The translations under genes were made by a program, and so were the position numbers. Shown piece after piece: positions 50,265-60,759 of a DNA stretch of 64,000 nucleotides (position 1 is its first letter; each line of letters begins with the position of its first letter). Under the pieces are notes generated by a model. It was not told where the DNA came from. It saw nothing but the letters and a program-made list of their open reading frames with translations, and did no database searches. Origin of the DNA: Minutocellus sp. GHC0000111 (lineage: Eukaryota); NCBI GenBank assembly GCA_977018835.1, contig OZ361256.1, positions 5,828,001 to 5,892,000 of the forward strand, in the 5' to 3' direction.

Positions 50265-53177
50265 ATGCAAATGGCTGTTGCTACTGCTGCCACCGCAGCT
50301 GATGCGCCAGCATGTCGCCGCTCCCGTCGGTCCGGCAGCTCCATCCCATGCTTTGATCATTTTGTCCATCGGAGCGGCACCATCGATGCCTCTACGATTC
50401 GTGGCAAGTCTCCTGGGATGATCCAGACCATGGCGAACCGGGCATGGGCGGGCCTCTCACTTCAGAAACAGCAGGATGTTATGGAGCAAGCCCGAGAGGA
50501 GGAGCTGTGCTGTCCGAGCCAGACCGGTCCTGATCCGGCACAAGATGTGCCGATTTCTCAAATTCAAATTGCTTGGCGCAATTCGTCATCCAACAACGCC
50601 GATGCCAGCCCTGAGCCGACGGTCGAGGACAATGCTGGTGTCGCTGCTCGTCCTGGTGATGATGACATCGAAGCTGGGGGCATCGCCGAGTCCATGGTGG
50701 TGGATGGAAGCGGCAACAGTGAAGAATCTGGCAATCCTGCCAGTGTCGGTGTTTCTGCTACCGGCACCGCCAATTCTGGTGGATCGACCGAGGAGAATTT
50801 GGATGTGCTGCTGGTTGAGGCCGAAGCGCAATGCAAAGCTGCAGAGGAGGCTTTGAAAGGGCTAAGGGACACCTTGAAACGAGAAAAGCGGAAGGATGAA
50901 AAGGCCATGGCCGATGCCGAGAAGAAAAGGAACAAAATGAAGGAGGCGATGCGTCATTTGGAGCAGAGGGCACAAATGCGTGAACATCTTCGGTCGCACA
51001 GGATGCCGACGGATGCACCACCCGAACGCAAGAAAGCAATGAGAATGGAAGATGACATGCGACCTGCCATCAGCACTTGGGAATGTGTGCCGACTTCAGT
51101 CCCAACATGAATCGGCCTGAGGGCAAGGGATTTGTTATGGTCAGTCGAGGTGTCGGTGGAGGTGCTCTTTGCGATGTCCAGCATGAGAAGCCTTTTGGTG
51201 GCATGATGCATAAGAATGTGCCTCTCAAGGCCATCACCCCGATCCCACTCAGCCTCAACACCGATTCAATTGCCAAGGACAGGCGCAAACGGACAGTAGC
51301 TGCTCAGGCGGGGATGGATGGTGTTGACAGCGCCGGTGCCAATAAGCGTGCAAAGAGCGATGGCAGTCCGATGGAGACTCTTGTCGGAAAGCTTTTGCAT
51401 GGCATGCGACACAGGAAGAAGGATGGATGTCTTCGAAAGGAGGCGAATCGAGCAACCAAAGGCAAGAAGGGATTGAACGACGAGGACAAGAGCATGCTTT
51501 TTGCCCAGGGATTGCTTCTGGAAGTGCATTTGAAGAGCACCGGAGGGACGCAGCACTCAAGCAGGAACAGTTCATTGCAGAAGTTTCAGTCGGATGGGAG
51601 GGTCACTATTCGTGAGCTCTGCAGAGCGTGGGGGAAGGGTAAGAATGGGCTGCGAGACATCCAGAACGAGTCTCGGAAGAATGTCATTGCCCGGGGCACA
51701 CCAGCAGATCAGGCCGAGCTTGCATTTGTCACCCCCGCTCCCAAGGATTCGTCGGTTCGGCCAAAGTCTACCATTGACAATTACAAGACGGCTGAGCAGT
51801 ACTTTACTGCTAAGCGCCTGCATGCAATCAATAAGTGCAGAGAGGCAAAGGAAGACTGCTATGATTCTGTATCGAAGGAGGCTGACAATGAGTTGCTCAA
51901 AACGTACCTGACCGAGTACGACACCATCAGCGACGATGACAAGCAGCTGTGGGAGCTGAAGAGGCGGGAGCACTTGGCAAGGCAGCCGTACATACAGAAC
52001 GACATTGTTGCGGCCCTTTCCAGCAATCCTCAGCGATCGTTCCGTGGTTTGGAGCAGGACATTGGTCTGTGGTGCTCGCACAAGACGATTGAGCGGTGGC
52101 TCAAGTCATTCGACACCTTCACTTTCTACAAGGAGCGGCTGGTACCGCGCCTGTCGGAGGCTCAAAAAGCTAAGCATCTGGCCTTTGCTCAGCTCGTGCG
52201 GAATTTCTGGAACATTCGGGATGAGAACGGCAATTTACCGAATGGAAAGAAGCGAGTTCTCCTCGTGCATTACGATGAGAAATGGTTCTGGGGTCTCGTC
52301 CTCCGAGCTTTTGCGAAGGCTTGCGAGGAAATCGGCGTGAAAAAGCGAGATTACGCGGCCTTTCACAGGAGCCACATCAACAAGGTCATGGCCATTGCAT
52401 TTGTTGCCGCTGTCTTTGACGGTTCTCTTGAGAGTGGGTGCGAGGTTGTAAAACTGCCACTGGTACGAGCTCAAGCTCCTAAAATAGCGGAGCGAGCTCA
52501 GTACGAAGCAGCATCACAGCCTGATGGTTCAATACGGTACCCAAATACCAACCCCGATGGGACACCAAAGGAACCTCTTCGCCGGAAAGGAGAGTCGTTT
52601 CTTGTTGATTGTTGCGTTACTGGATCGAACGAAGGCACCAAAAAGGATCCGAAATGCTCTTTGCTCCTCGTATTCAAGGAGACTATTTTCCCAGCGATTC
52701 TCAACCTTGTCGGTCCGGGCAAGCAATACGAAGATTGCCATGTTATTGTCCAGGGCGACCAGGCCGGGCCTCACGAGGACGGAACCTTCACGCAATTTGT
52801 TACTAACTTCTGTGCTGAGCAAGGCTGGACGTGGCAGCCACAGGCACCGCAGATGCAACGTCCTTGACTTGAGCGTGTTCCCCGCGATGAGCCGGCGGCA
52901 CTCGGAATGGGCACGAAAAATGGTAGGCACCTCCGTCATTTCCACCGACCAGATCTGGGACACTGCCGAGGACGTTTACGATAGCATGCCTAACTGCAAA
53001 ATTGCTTCGGCCTTCATTCAGTACTGGAGGATAATGGGCCTGGTGATTAAGGCCGGTGGTAGCAATGAGTTTGTTGGAAGGTTGGGTGACGAAAACTTGC
53101 ACACTGGAATTAGGATCGACTTCAACGAAACGGCCAAGGGGATGGAGCCCTCAGCTCGTCATCCTTCTAATAAATAG
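50265..53177 (+). pseudogene. Second Tc1/mariner-like DEKWF transposase, about 960 codons, frameshifts near 51080 and 52856
   Basis: HYDEKWFWG, HINKVMAIAF, QGDQAGPH, then PQAPQM/NVLDLSVFPAMSRRH across the frameshift. Confidence 0.85.
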
Positions 53178-54286
53178 ATAGTATTAATATCTTTACACAT
53201 TACCTCCTTGGCCTTCTTATGATCATTAGAAAGCCACACAGCGTGGAGGGACTGACGAATCTTTCCGCGCTTCACACCATATGCATCGGCAAGTTTATTG
53301 TCAGTGAGGGCAGGGTGAGCAGTTGGTTGTTTACTCCCATCCTCATATCCCAACTTATATGCATCTAATGCAATCTTGTCAGTAGATAATGCAATAGAGA
53401 ATTCTATTGTCTTGTTATCATACAATCCGAGTTCTCTGCTTCTCCACCCTTTCGGGTAGGCACCACGACCCTCTCTTACTTGGCGATCGACTTCGATCAT
53501 GCCTAGCACTGTGGTGACCGCGACCTCGCTACCCCAACCAGGAACTTGTTTGAAGGGGAGGTAGACCCCTTTCTCTTTTCTTCTTGGTTCGGGCCTCTGA
53601 CTACATGTGGGTGACTTGTAGTTCTTTATATCTTGTGGTAGTGGTGCTTCTCCGTACGTCAAAAAGCACGCAAGCCTCCGATGTTCCTCAACCTCTCGTT
53701 CAATCTGTCGTTCGGTTGGTTCGGTTGGAGGCAAGGGCTCCAAGATGGTAGGGGATGACAATTGAAGGTTGCTGAACGACGGGCATGAGCGGCTTGGGGT
53801 AAGAACATACTGAGTATGAACTGACATTGGACTTGTTACCATGGGCGTGGCGGAGGGAAGGTCGAATGAGCTCACGGGCTTTCTCCTCTCGCCGCTTGGC
53901 TTTGCGTCGGCGGTTGCTATGCTCATCTCTGAGAATGAATCATCTTCATCAGAATGAGATGAAACGGTAGCGGTACCGCGAAAGTCGGCACGCAATATGT
54001 CATGATGCAAGTACTTCCTTGCTTGGGCTTGTTCGGCGGCGAAGCCATCCTCTTCGTTGTACTCGCGTCGATATTTCAACACACGAGGAGATGTGAGGTC
54101 TGACGATGCCGGTGGGACCCCTTGGTTGTCCTCCTCGTCATCGTTGTCCTTGTTCTCTCGATACCGCGGATGTTCCGGCGTTTCGTTGGAAGTTTCCTTC
54201 TCATGGCGCGAGGGGCTGAATGCAGTCGCCTCGGCGCGTTTCGGTGGACGCGGTGGACTGAAGATGTGTCCCTTTGGAGTATCCAT
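53159..54286 (-). CDS. Unknown protein convergent with, and overlapping by 19 bp, the transposase 3' end
   Basis: Intact ORF of about 375 aa from MDTPKG; disordered N-terminal half and globular-looking C-terminal half. Confidence 0.6.
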   Translation of the reverse strand: MDTPKGHIFSPPRPPKRAEATAFSPSRHEKETSNETPEHPRYRENKDNDDEEDNQGVPPASSDLTSPRVLKYRREYNEEDGFAAEQAQARKYLHHDILRADFRGTATVSSHSDEDDSFSEMSIATADAKPSGERRKPVSSFDLPSATPMVTSPMSVHTQYVLTPSRSCPSFSNLQLSSPTILEPLPPTEPTERQIEREVEEHRRLACFLTYGEAPLPQDIKNYKSPTCSQRPEPRRKEKGVYLPFKQVPGWGSEVAVTTVLGMIEVDRQVREGRGAYPKGWRSRELGLYDNKTIEFSIALSTDKIALDAYKLGYEDGSKQPTAHPALTDNKLADAYGVKRGKIRQSLHAVWLSNDHKKAKEVMCKDINTIYLLEG

Positions 54287-54572
54287 GAGTATGGAAGCTT
54301 CTTGAAGCGCCAGTCGGCAGAAGTTGCCCAGTCTATTTGTGGTAATTGCTTGGAGGTCGGTTGTTGACGGATGTGTTTTGATTTGCTTGCTTTGCCGCGT
54401 GTTTTTCAAGGTGCGCGCAAACCGCCGTGTCGGAAAGTCCAAAGACCCAAAAAACCGGGTCCCCGAAATTGCTGTCCCGGACCTCGTAGATTTCCCACTC
54501 CTCCCTTCCGACTGTGCTTCCTCTCTACTCCCTCACGATTCGCTGCTCATCTTCTTCCCTGCTCCCAACACC

Positions 54573-55067
54573 ATGTCCGCAATAAAAAGAAGAGCAGTGG
54601 TTTCGGGCCTCCTCGGGGCCTCGGCGAGCTGCATCGGGAAAATTGCGCTTGATCCAGAGTCACTCGTACAGTCCAAGGCACGAGGCATTTGCAATCTATT
54701 CGTCTCTGCCGATGCTACTCGTATCATTTCCGTCATCGGCGCATCCATACAAAGTGGTCTTGCCTGCAAGGCTGTCGAGGTGTGCATCAGGGGCTTGTGC
54801 TTACTACTCATGATTCTAACCAATGCCGTCATGATGACCACCTTTTTAGATGGGATAAACGAAAGCGGCACGGTCGCAGGGACTGCTCTTGCGAATGCTG
54901 CAAATTTCACCCTATCGGCAATCTATGGAGTGCTCTTCTTTGAGGAATCCATCACAACAATGTGGATAGTGGGGTTTGCAATGATTCTGGCCGGGGCCTG
55001 GATCTTGTCGAGCATTCAAATGAAGGAAAATAAGGCCGACATCAAAAATGACAAGAAAGGTAGATGA
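54573..55067 (+). CDS. TMEM42-like small membrane protein (DMT/EamA superfamily)
   Basis: AVVSGLLGASASCIGKIA, LLLMILTNAVMMTTF, AANFTLSAIYGVLFFEESIT..WIVGFAMILAG. Confidence 0.75.
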   Translation: MSAIKRRAVVSGLLGASASCIGKIALDPESLVQSKARGICNLFVSADATRIISVIGASIQSGLACKAVEVCIRGLCLLLMILTNAVMMTTFLDGINESGTVAGTALANAANFTLSAIYGVLFFEESITTMWIVGFAMILAGAWILSSIQMKENKADIKNDKKGR

Positions 55068-55261
55068 CGATGACTTTATACGTAGGTATATTTGGTGTGA
55101 ATACTGTTAGGCATGTGAGGATGTGATGCGCGTTGCAACTCTATTGCACGGCGATGCATTGTTTACAATTAGAGACTATAATACTGCAATACGAGCACGA
55201 TTGGAAGATTACAAATCATTCACTCAGTCTGCTACGTAGTTTGGTGGCTCGCCCTGCAACC

Positions 55262-55897
55262 TCACTCTTCATCGCTGCTTTTGACAGGTAAATCCTGCGG
55301 CTTTGCGCATTTTCGAAGCTCCTTCAGTTTGCACGAAGGACATTCCATTTCTTTCCAATTCAAGGGCGCCATGTTTTCTCGGCATGAAGAGCAAGTAGCA
55401 CGGATCACACCGCAATCAGCTTCGTTAGTCGTCAAAAAGTAGCGTCTCGAATCGCCAAGCGATATTATTCTGCAAAGAACGATATCGCCTGGACGAAAGG
55501 AGGCATATATTTCCACCTCTTCCGTAGCTCCGGCTCGCACGTCTTCCTTCCGAATCGAGCCAGAATGCCTCTCCTTCAGAGGACCTGTTACATCAGCGGA
55601 AACAATTTCGACAAAGGCCTGCTGCGTTATAACACGAACCACACGGCCAAGAACAACTTGTCCGACTGACAATACCTGCGACGAGGCGTACTGCCGGCCC
55701 CCTTCGAGAGCAACGGCGGCAACGAAGGCATCCCCGTCAGCCACCAGACTCAGTTTGCCAACGGCGCTGGCATGGACGTTACCCCCTCTGATGTAAGTGC
55801 CATCTCCTGCCCCGCATTTTCGTGCACTGCATATTCTATCTCCTGGAGCAACAGTACTGCCGATGGCATAGCGAAGATTTGGCTGAGTTGCTGGCAT
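55262..55897 (-). CDS. CSL4: Exosome complex component CSL4 (EXOSC1)
   Basis: GDGTY, S1 domain GSIRKEDVRA..SFRPGDIVLCRIISLGD..YFLTT, zinc ribbon MECP..ELRKCAKP. Confidence 0.95.
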   Translation of the reverse strand: MPATQPNLRYAIGSTVAPGDRICSARKCGAGDGTYIRGGNVHASAVGKLSLVADGDAFVAAVALEGGRQYASSQVLSVGQVVLGRVVRVITQQAFVEIVSADVTGPLKERHSGSIRKEDVRAGATEEVEIYASFRPGDIVLCRIISLGDSRRYFLTTNEADCGVIRATCSSCRENMAPLNWKEMECPSCKLKELRKCAKPQDLPVKSSDEE

Positions 55898-56189
55898 GAT
55901 TGTATATAATTGGAGGGCTGGCTTCGGGGACTGCTCGGGTTGACTGCTATCTGACTACTGGGGCTGCACGAGGGAGCGCAACAAGCAAGGAGCAGCTCTC
56001 TTGTCGTCTTTGCTTCTTGGATGAGATTGACGCCTGGTTCTTGGCCGCGGCTTGTCCGGGTTCTTTTGAACCCCTACAAAAGGTTATGAGCCACATGCGG
56101 CAAAAAAGTTGCTCAAAGGACATTGGATCCTAACTCGCCACGACCCAAGTTTCACAATCCTAATTCTTGGGGCGAAGTCTACAAGCAAC

Positions 56190-56618
56190 ATGATTCCCCT
56201 AGAATACTATTTAGATTTGTTCCTCGTCTTGAACATTACCTTCCTTGTTGGAACGGCGCTTTGGTTTCGCCTGGATCATGCAGTCCGAAAATCCCGATTT
56301 AAAAGCCCTTCGTCGTCAACGAATCATGGACAACGTTTGGTCCAAGAAATCATGTGGCAATATTCTCTTCGATCCAATGTTTTGTTGTTTGGGTGCGCTG
56401 AGTCCTTCTATTTGATTTATATTGGAGAGCGAAGATTTTTACTGAGCCTCCTCGCAGCGTTTTCGCTTGTAAATGTCGCAACAGATTCCATCTACAAGTA
56501 CGAATCAGTCGCACTGTTTCACAAGGCAAAGAGAGGCCACCGCGTTGCTGCTGGCATCATCTGCACTGTAACTGCAATGCATTACCATCATTTATCGCTA
56601 GCACGCAAAGTAGAGTAG
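56190..56618 (+). CDS. Hypothetical multi-TM membrane protein
   Basis: Three to four hydrophobic segments; no recognised family. Confidence 0.45.
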   Translation: MIPLEYYLDLFLVLNITFLVGTALWFRLDHAVRKSRFKSPSSSTNHGQRLVQEIMWQYSLRSNVLLFGCAESFYLIYIGERRFLLSLLAAFSLVNVATDSIYKYESVALFHKAKRGHRVAAGIICTVTAMHYHHLSLARKVE

Positions 56619-57267
56619 TTGTGATGGGAGAACGACAAATTAAATACAAGATATTGCCCTATCTTTGCATGTACCCTTGAGAACAAAACGGTGGAATCGC
56701 ATCTAATATTTGGATGAGAAGCATTTTCTTTGGTCGGTTGGGTTGGATCAAACAGCCTCATCTATCCAAATCACTTTAGCGCATAATACCTTGTGTTTGC
56801 GGTTTACGTTTATAGAACGCATTACTTCTATCTCCAAGAGCAAAGCCGGAATTCGTTGCATTCATTCATAGAGTGCAAGAGATTCCACCTGAACTTTCAC
56901 CACCCGAAATAAATCACCGTTGATGGCGTCAACAGTGCAACTGATGGATCACATCGATAGCCCAAAAGTTCTACCGTGGAAAAGTACTAGTAGAATTTTC
57001 CACCATTGAAAAAGAGTCCCGACCCTACTCTATGCCGACCAACCCATGCCGACCAACCCAACGCGTACTCCCGAAATGACCGCCTCACTGGTTCAAACAT
57101 CAAATATATATACAAAAACCGAGCGGCTAGGAGAAGGCTAACATCCATGCACTGGATTGCTATTCCTTTCCCATACGCTCAAATGTAAGAGGTATCTTCC
57201 AATAACCTGGCCTCCGCCCTCCGCTCCGAAAACAAATTTGGTCCCGTGTTGCGCAGGCGGAAAATGC

Positions 57268-57507
57268 TTATGATACCACACAGCACCCACCACCGCCGCC
57301 GGCCGCGCTGGTGTGGTACGGATTTCGTTCCCTCTCCCCCTCCGGCACGACGAAGCCGTCGGCCTCGTCGGCCTTCTTCACGGACGCGACGATGGCCGCG
57401 CAGCCCTGGCTCTTGGTGTCGGCCTTCTTCACCCCCTCGAGGACGGACTTCATCACCTCGACCTCGGATTCGAGCATTTGGAGCTCGGTAACTCCACCCT
57501 CTTCCAT
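57268..57507 (-). CDS. Heterotrimeric G-protein gamma subunit-like protein
   Basis: 79 aa; N-terminal coiled coil, SQGCAAIV, DGF, NPY and a C-terminal CaaX box (CVVS). Confidence 0.75.
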   Translation of the reverse strand: MEEGGVTELQMLESEVEVMKSVLEGVKKADTKSQGCAAIVASVKKADEADGFVVPEGERERNPYHTSAAGGGGGCCVVS

Positions 57508-58159
57508 GGTGCGGCCTTTGTTTTCTTCTTCTTTTGTGGGCGGTGGTTGCGCCTTATGTACTTGTAGTTATTAGAGTAGCGTTGGGGAGGTTGGTTACCG
57601 ACACTTCAAGCGCTTTCGATTTTCATGTGTGTTCGGCACTTTCGGGGGGCTAACGTGTAAATTTCGCGGAGAAACTTTATGCCGCCCCCCTATGCTACAT
57701 GCGTGAAAGCGTGCGGTGATTGAGAGGGAATGCAAAGGAAGCATTACCAACCAATGGCGGAGTTCCTCCGGTATTACATAGCCAAGTTGCAGATTCATAC
57801 TCAGTAAGGCAAACTTTCAGCAAGGGACGAAGATTTTGTTTCGAAAAGTGGCGCATTCTCTTCTCTGGTAGCTAGCTAGGTCCCAGCAGAAAACCCGACA
57901 ACCAACGCGAAATCGGGTGAACACGCACGAGTTTTGGTGTCAGCACACACACAAAAGATTGCGCAGGTGGCGGCCGTCATCCTAAACACTGGCACCTTCT
58001 CTTCGTTTCATCTGGTCGATTGTTCCTTTCAGATAAGCGTTTTGTTCATTCGTTCGCTCTGCCGTGAAAAGTATTTTTGTACCTAGCCACGATCAAGATC
58101 CAATTGGAAAGGCCTCTACGTTCACACATTTTGCTTGGGAGGGTCATATTTCTCCGATC

Positions 58160-60642
58160 ATGTCTTCCAATGAGGCAGAAGACCTTGAGATGGGCAAAAT
58201 AAAAGAGGACAGACCCATGGAAAATGCTCGGTCGTCGGTTGGAAGCCTCAATTCCCAGGGCAGGTCCAACTCCTTGGACGTGTCAAGTCATTTGTCGGAC
58301 AAAGTCACCGCAGCAACGAGCGCATCTCGGACCAATTCCATGTCGAAGAGCAGCCGCAACATGGGAGGTCTGGGCGATACCAGTAGCAAAACGGCAATGC
58401 AGCTTCAAAGCTCGCGCAACCTCGTGGGTGGAATCCAGGAACACACATCGGGAGGGGCCGTTACCGAATTCCGCACGACGAGTGCCGTCGGAAAGCTGGG
58501 TGTGATTGAAACAGGGCTGGAATCGATGAGCCGTAGAGGCAGCAACCAAGGCCGACGCAGCACAAGCCGCCGGTCCAATGGAGCCGACGACGACGACGAC
58601 CTGTCGTCTCTCGGCGGAGAGACAATGACCGGCAGAAGTGCCCTGACCGGTGCCACTTCGCGGCCAGGATGGTGCATCGTGCGCAAATGCACCGTCATGG
58701 TCGGTCCGCGGGGGAGACAAACGGAGAAGGTATTGCTCCATCCCATGAAGGTTGATCTACCCAATGGAAGCTTGACCGCCATCATTGGTCCGACAGGAAG
58801 TGGGAAAACAACTCTCATGAAATTTCTATCTGGGAGTTTGGACAAATCAGTCAGGTTCCGAGGCGGTGGTAAGTGCATGCATTGACTTTTATTCTTCCTT
58901 GCATGCTGTCATTACATGATTGTAATTTATTTATGCACCGCATTTTACCAATGATACTGATGACCCCTCTGTTTTCTCTGCCGACGCATCCACTTCACAC
59001 TACAGCCAACCTTCCGGGCGCCAGATCATATCTCGCCGAGGATACACATCTTCATGGGTTTTATACAGCACAATCATACCTGAAGCATTACGATCGCTTA
59101 ACGACAGGTCTTGCCAAAGGCGGCAAGTCTCAGAAGGAGATTGACGGTATCCTCAAGAGTCTTGGCATCCTCGAAGACAGACAAAACGTAGCGGTCGGTA
59201 ACTTATTCCGTCGTGGTCTCAGCGAAGGTGAACGGCGGCGTCTTGATCTAGGCCTGATGGTTCTTGGTGCTCCCGATACGCTCTTTTGTGAGGAGCCAAC
59301 TGGAAACTTGGATTCCGAAACGTCCTCCAGCGTTATGCAGTTCCTCAAGGGATACTCCTCTCAACCCGGCCGCCGCGTCATCGTTACCATCAACAAACCC
59401 TCTTCGATGGTATGGAATCTGATTGATAATGTCATTCTCGTCGCGCAGGGAAAGGTAATTTATGAAGGACCTCGATTCGACATGGAGGCGTTCTTCGCTT
59501 ACAACCAAAGCCCAACGCCGAAGCGATTTTCTCAGGTCGAGCATTATCTCTCGGTGGTTAGCAGTCTAAGCAAAAAGAAGAAAGACGCACGCTCTGTGGA
59601 GGAGTGGGCAAAGTCCTTCAAAAAGTGGCAGGAAGAGGCAGATGAGGACGAGGGCGATATGCTTGCTGATGACATTGAAACTTGCTTTCCCACGGCCATT
59701 ACCACAGTGGATAGGGCGGCCGTCCAAAAGTCCAAATATCTGAAGAAGACGTTGGTAATGTCGGAGCTCATCAAGCGCTATATGCTGGATTTATTTTTGA
59801 ATCCAGGCATGCTATGGGTACGCTTTGCCATGTATCTCATGCTTTCATTGATGATAGGGCTGCTCTTCTTTGGTCTTGGCGACAAGACCAGCTATACTTC
59901 CATCCAATCGAGGGCTTCCGTTCTGTTTTACAGCGTGTCATTCTACATCTTTATGGTGGTTGCTGTCCTACCTTTTCGGGTTCATGATAAGGCGGTTGCG
60001 GCCAAGGAGGTATTCAATAGCTACTATCACCCCCTTGCGCATCATGTTGCATCGACACTTGCTTCCCTTATCGGTGTTTTTATGTTGGCGTTTATCACCA
60101 CCGTCATTATGGTACCAATGGCCAAGTTCAACGCGCCCTTTAAATTTTTCCTGGATATGCTGCTTTCCCTCAACTGTGCCGAAGCTCTGGCTCAGCTAGC
60201 GACGCTCCTGGTTTCAAATTACATCATCGGCATCGTCGGCCTTGCTGGTCTGTTTGGTTTCTTCATGCTGCTCATGGGTTTCATGTTGGTTCCATCCGAA
60301 TTTCCTATTTGGCTGCGTTGGGCGTACAATGTCCCTTTTCACACTTATACCTGGCGATCGTTTATGTACATTGAATTTTCTGGTCCGGAGAATGTGTTTG
60401 ATTCCGAGGAATTCCCGACAGGCATGGATGTCCTCAAGGCTTATGAGATCGACAACGTCAATTATGGCCATGACATGCTGGTTTTGGTTGGATATGGAAT
60501 AGTCATCCACACCCTAACCCTAACAGCAATTATTCTCGTTCGACAGTGGAAGGCAAACCGCATAGAAGAGGAAATGGTGGCCGACGAAGAGGAAGGACAG
60601 GCACAGGTGGCAAATGACGACATCAGCGCTACAGATCGGTGA
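58160..60642 (+). CDS. ABCG (White family) half-transporter; intron 58869-59005
   Basis: Walker A GPTGSGKTT, RRGLSEGERRR, EEPTGNLDS, then an ABC2 membrane domain; phase-1 GTAAGT..CAG intron. Confidence 0.9.
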
Positions 60643-60759
60643 AGATAATGCACTTATATATAACCATTTTCAATTGAAGACTTTCTTATACTTATTTGTC
60701 AGCTCGTATTGAAATATGTCTATTTGTGCAGATTTATGAAAAAAGAACGAGTTTATAGA

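Larger units (their letters stand above)
50100..54488 (+). mobile_element. Putative two-ORF Tc1/mariner-like element (ends not confirmed)
   Basis: Transposase plus a convergent overlapping ORF; mariner-like terminus CCGGACCTCG|TA at 54477-54488. Only a weak left counterpart (TGCGGTCCGGG near 50112). Confidence 0.5.

Noticed and set aside
53159..54286. Fanzor/TnpB cargo in the mariner-like element
   Set aside because: No RuvC-I D-x-G, no zinc finger and no RDxNAAxN motif; CKDINTI is only superficially similar.
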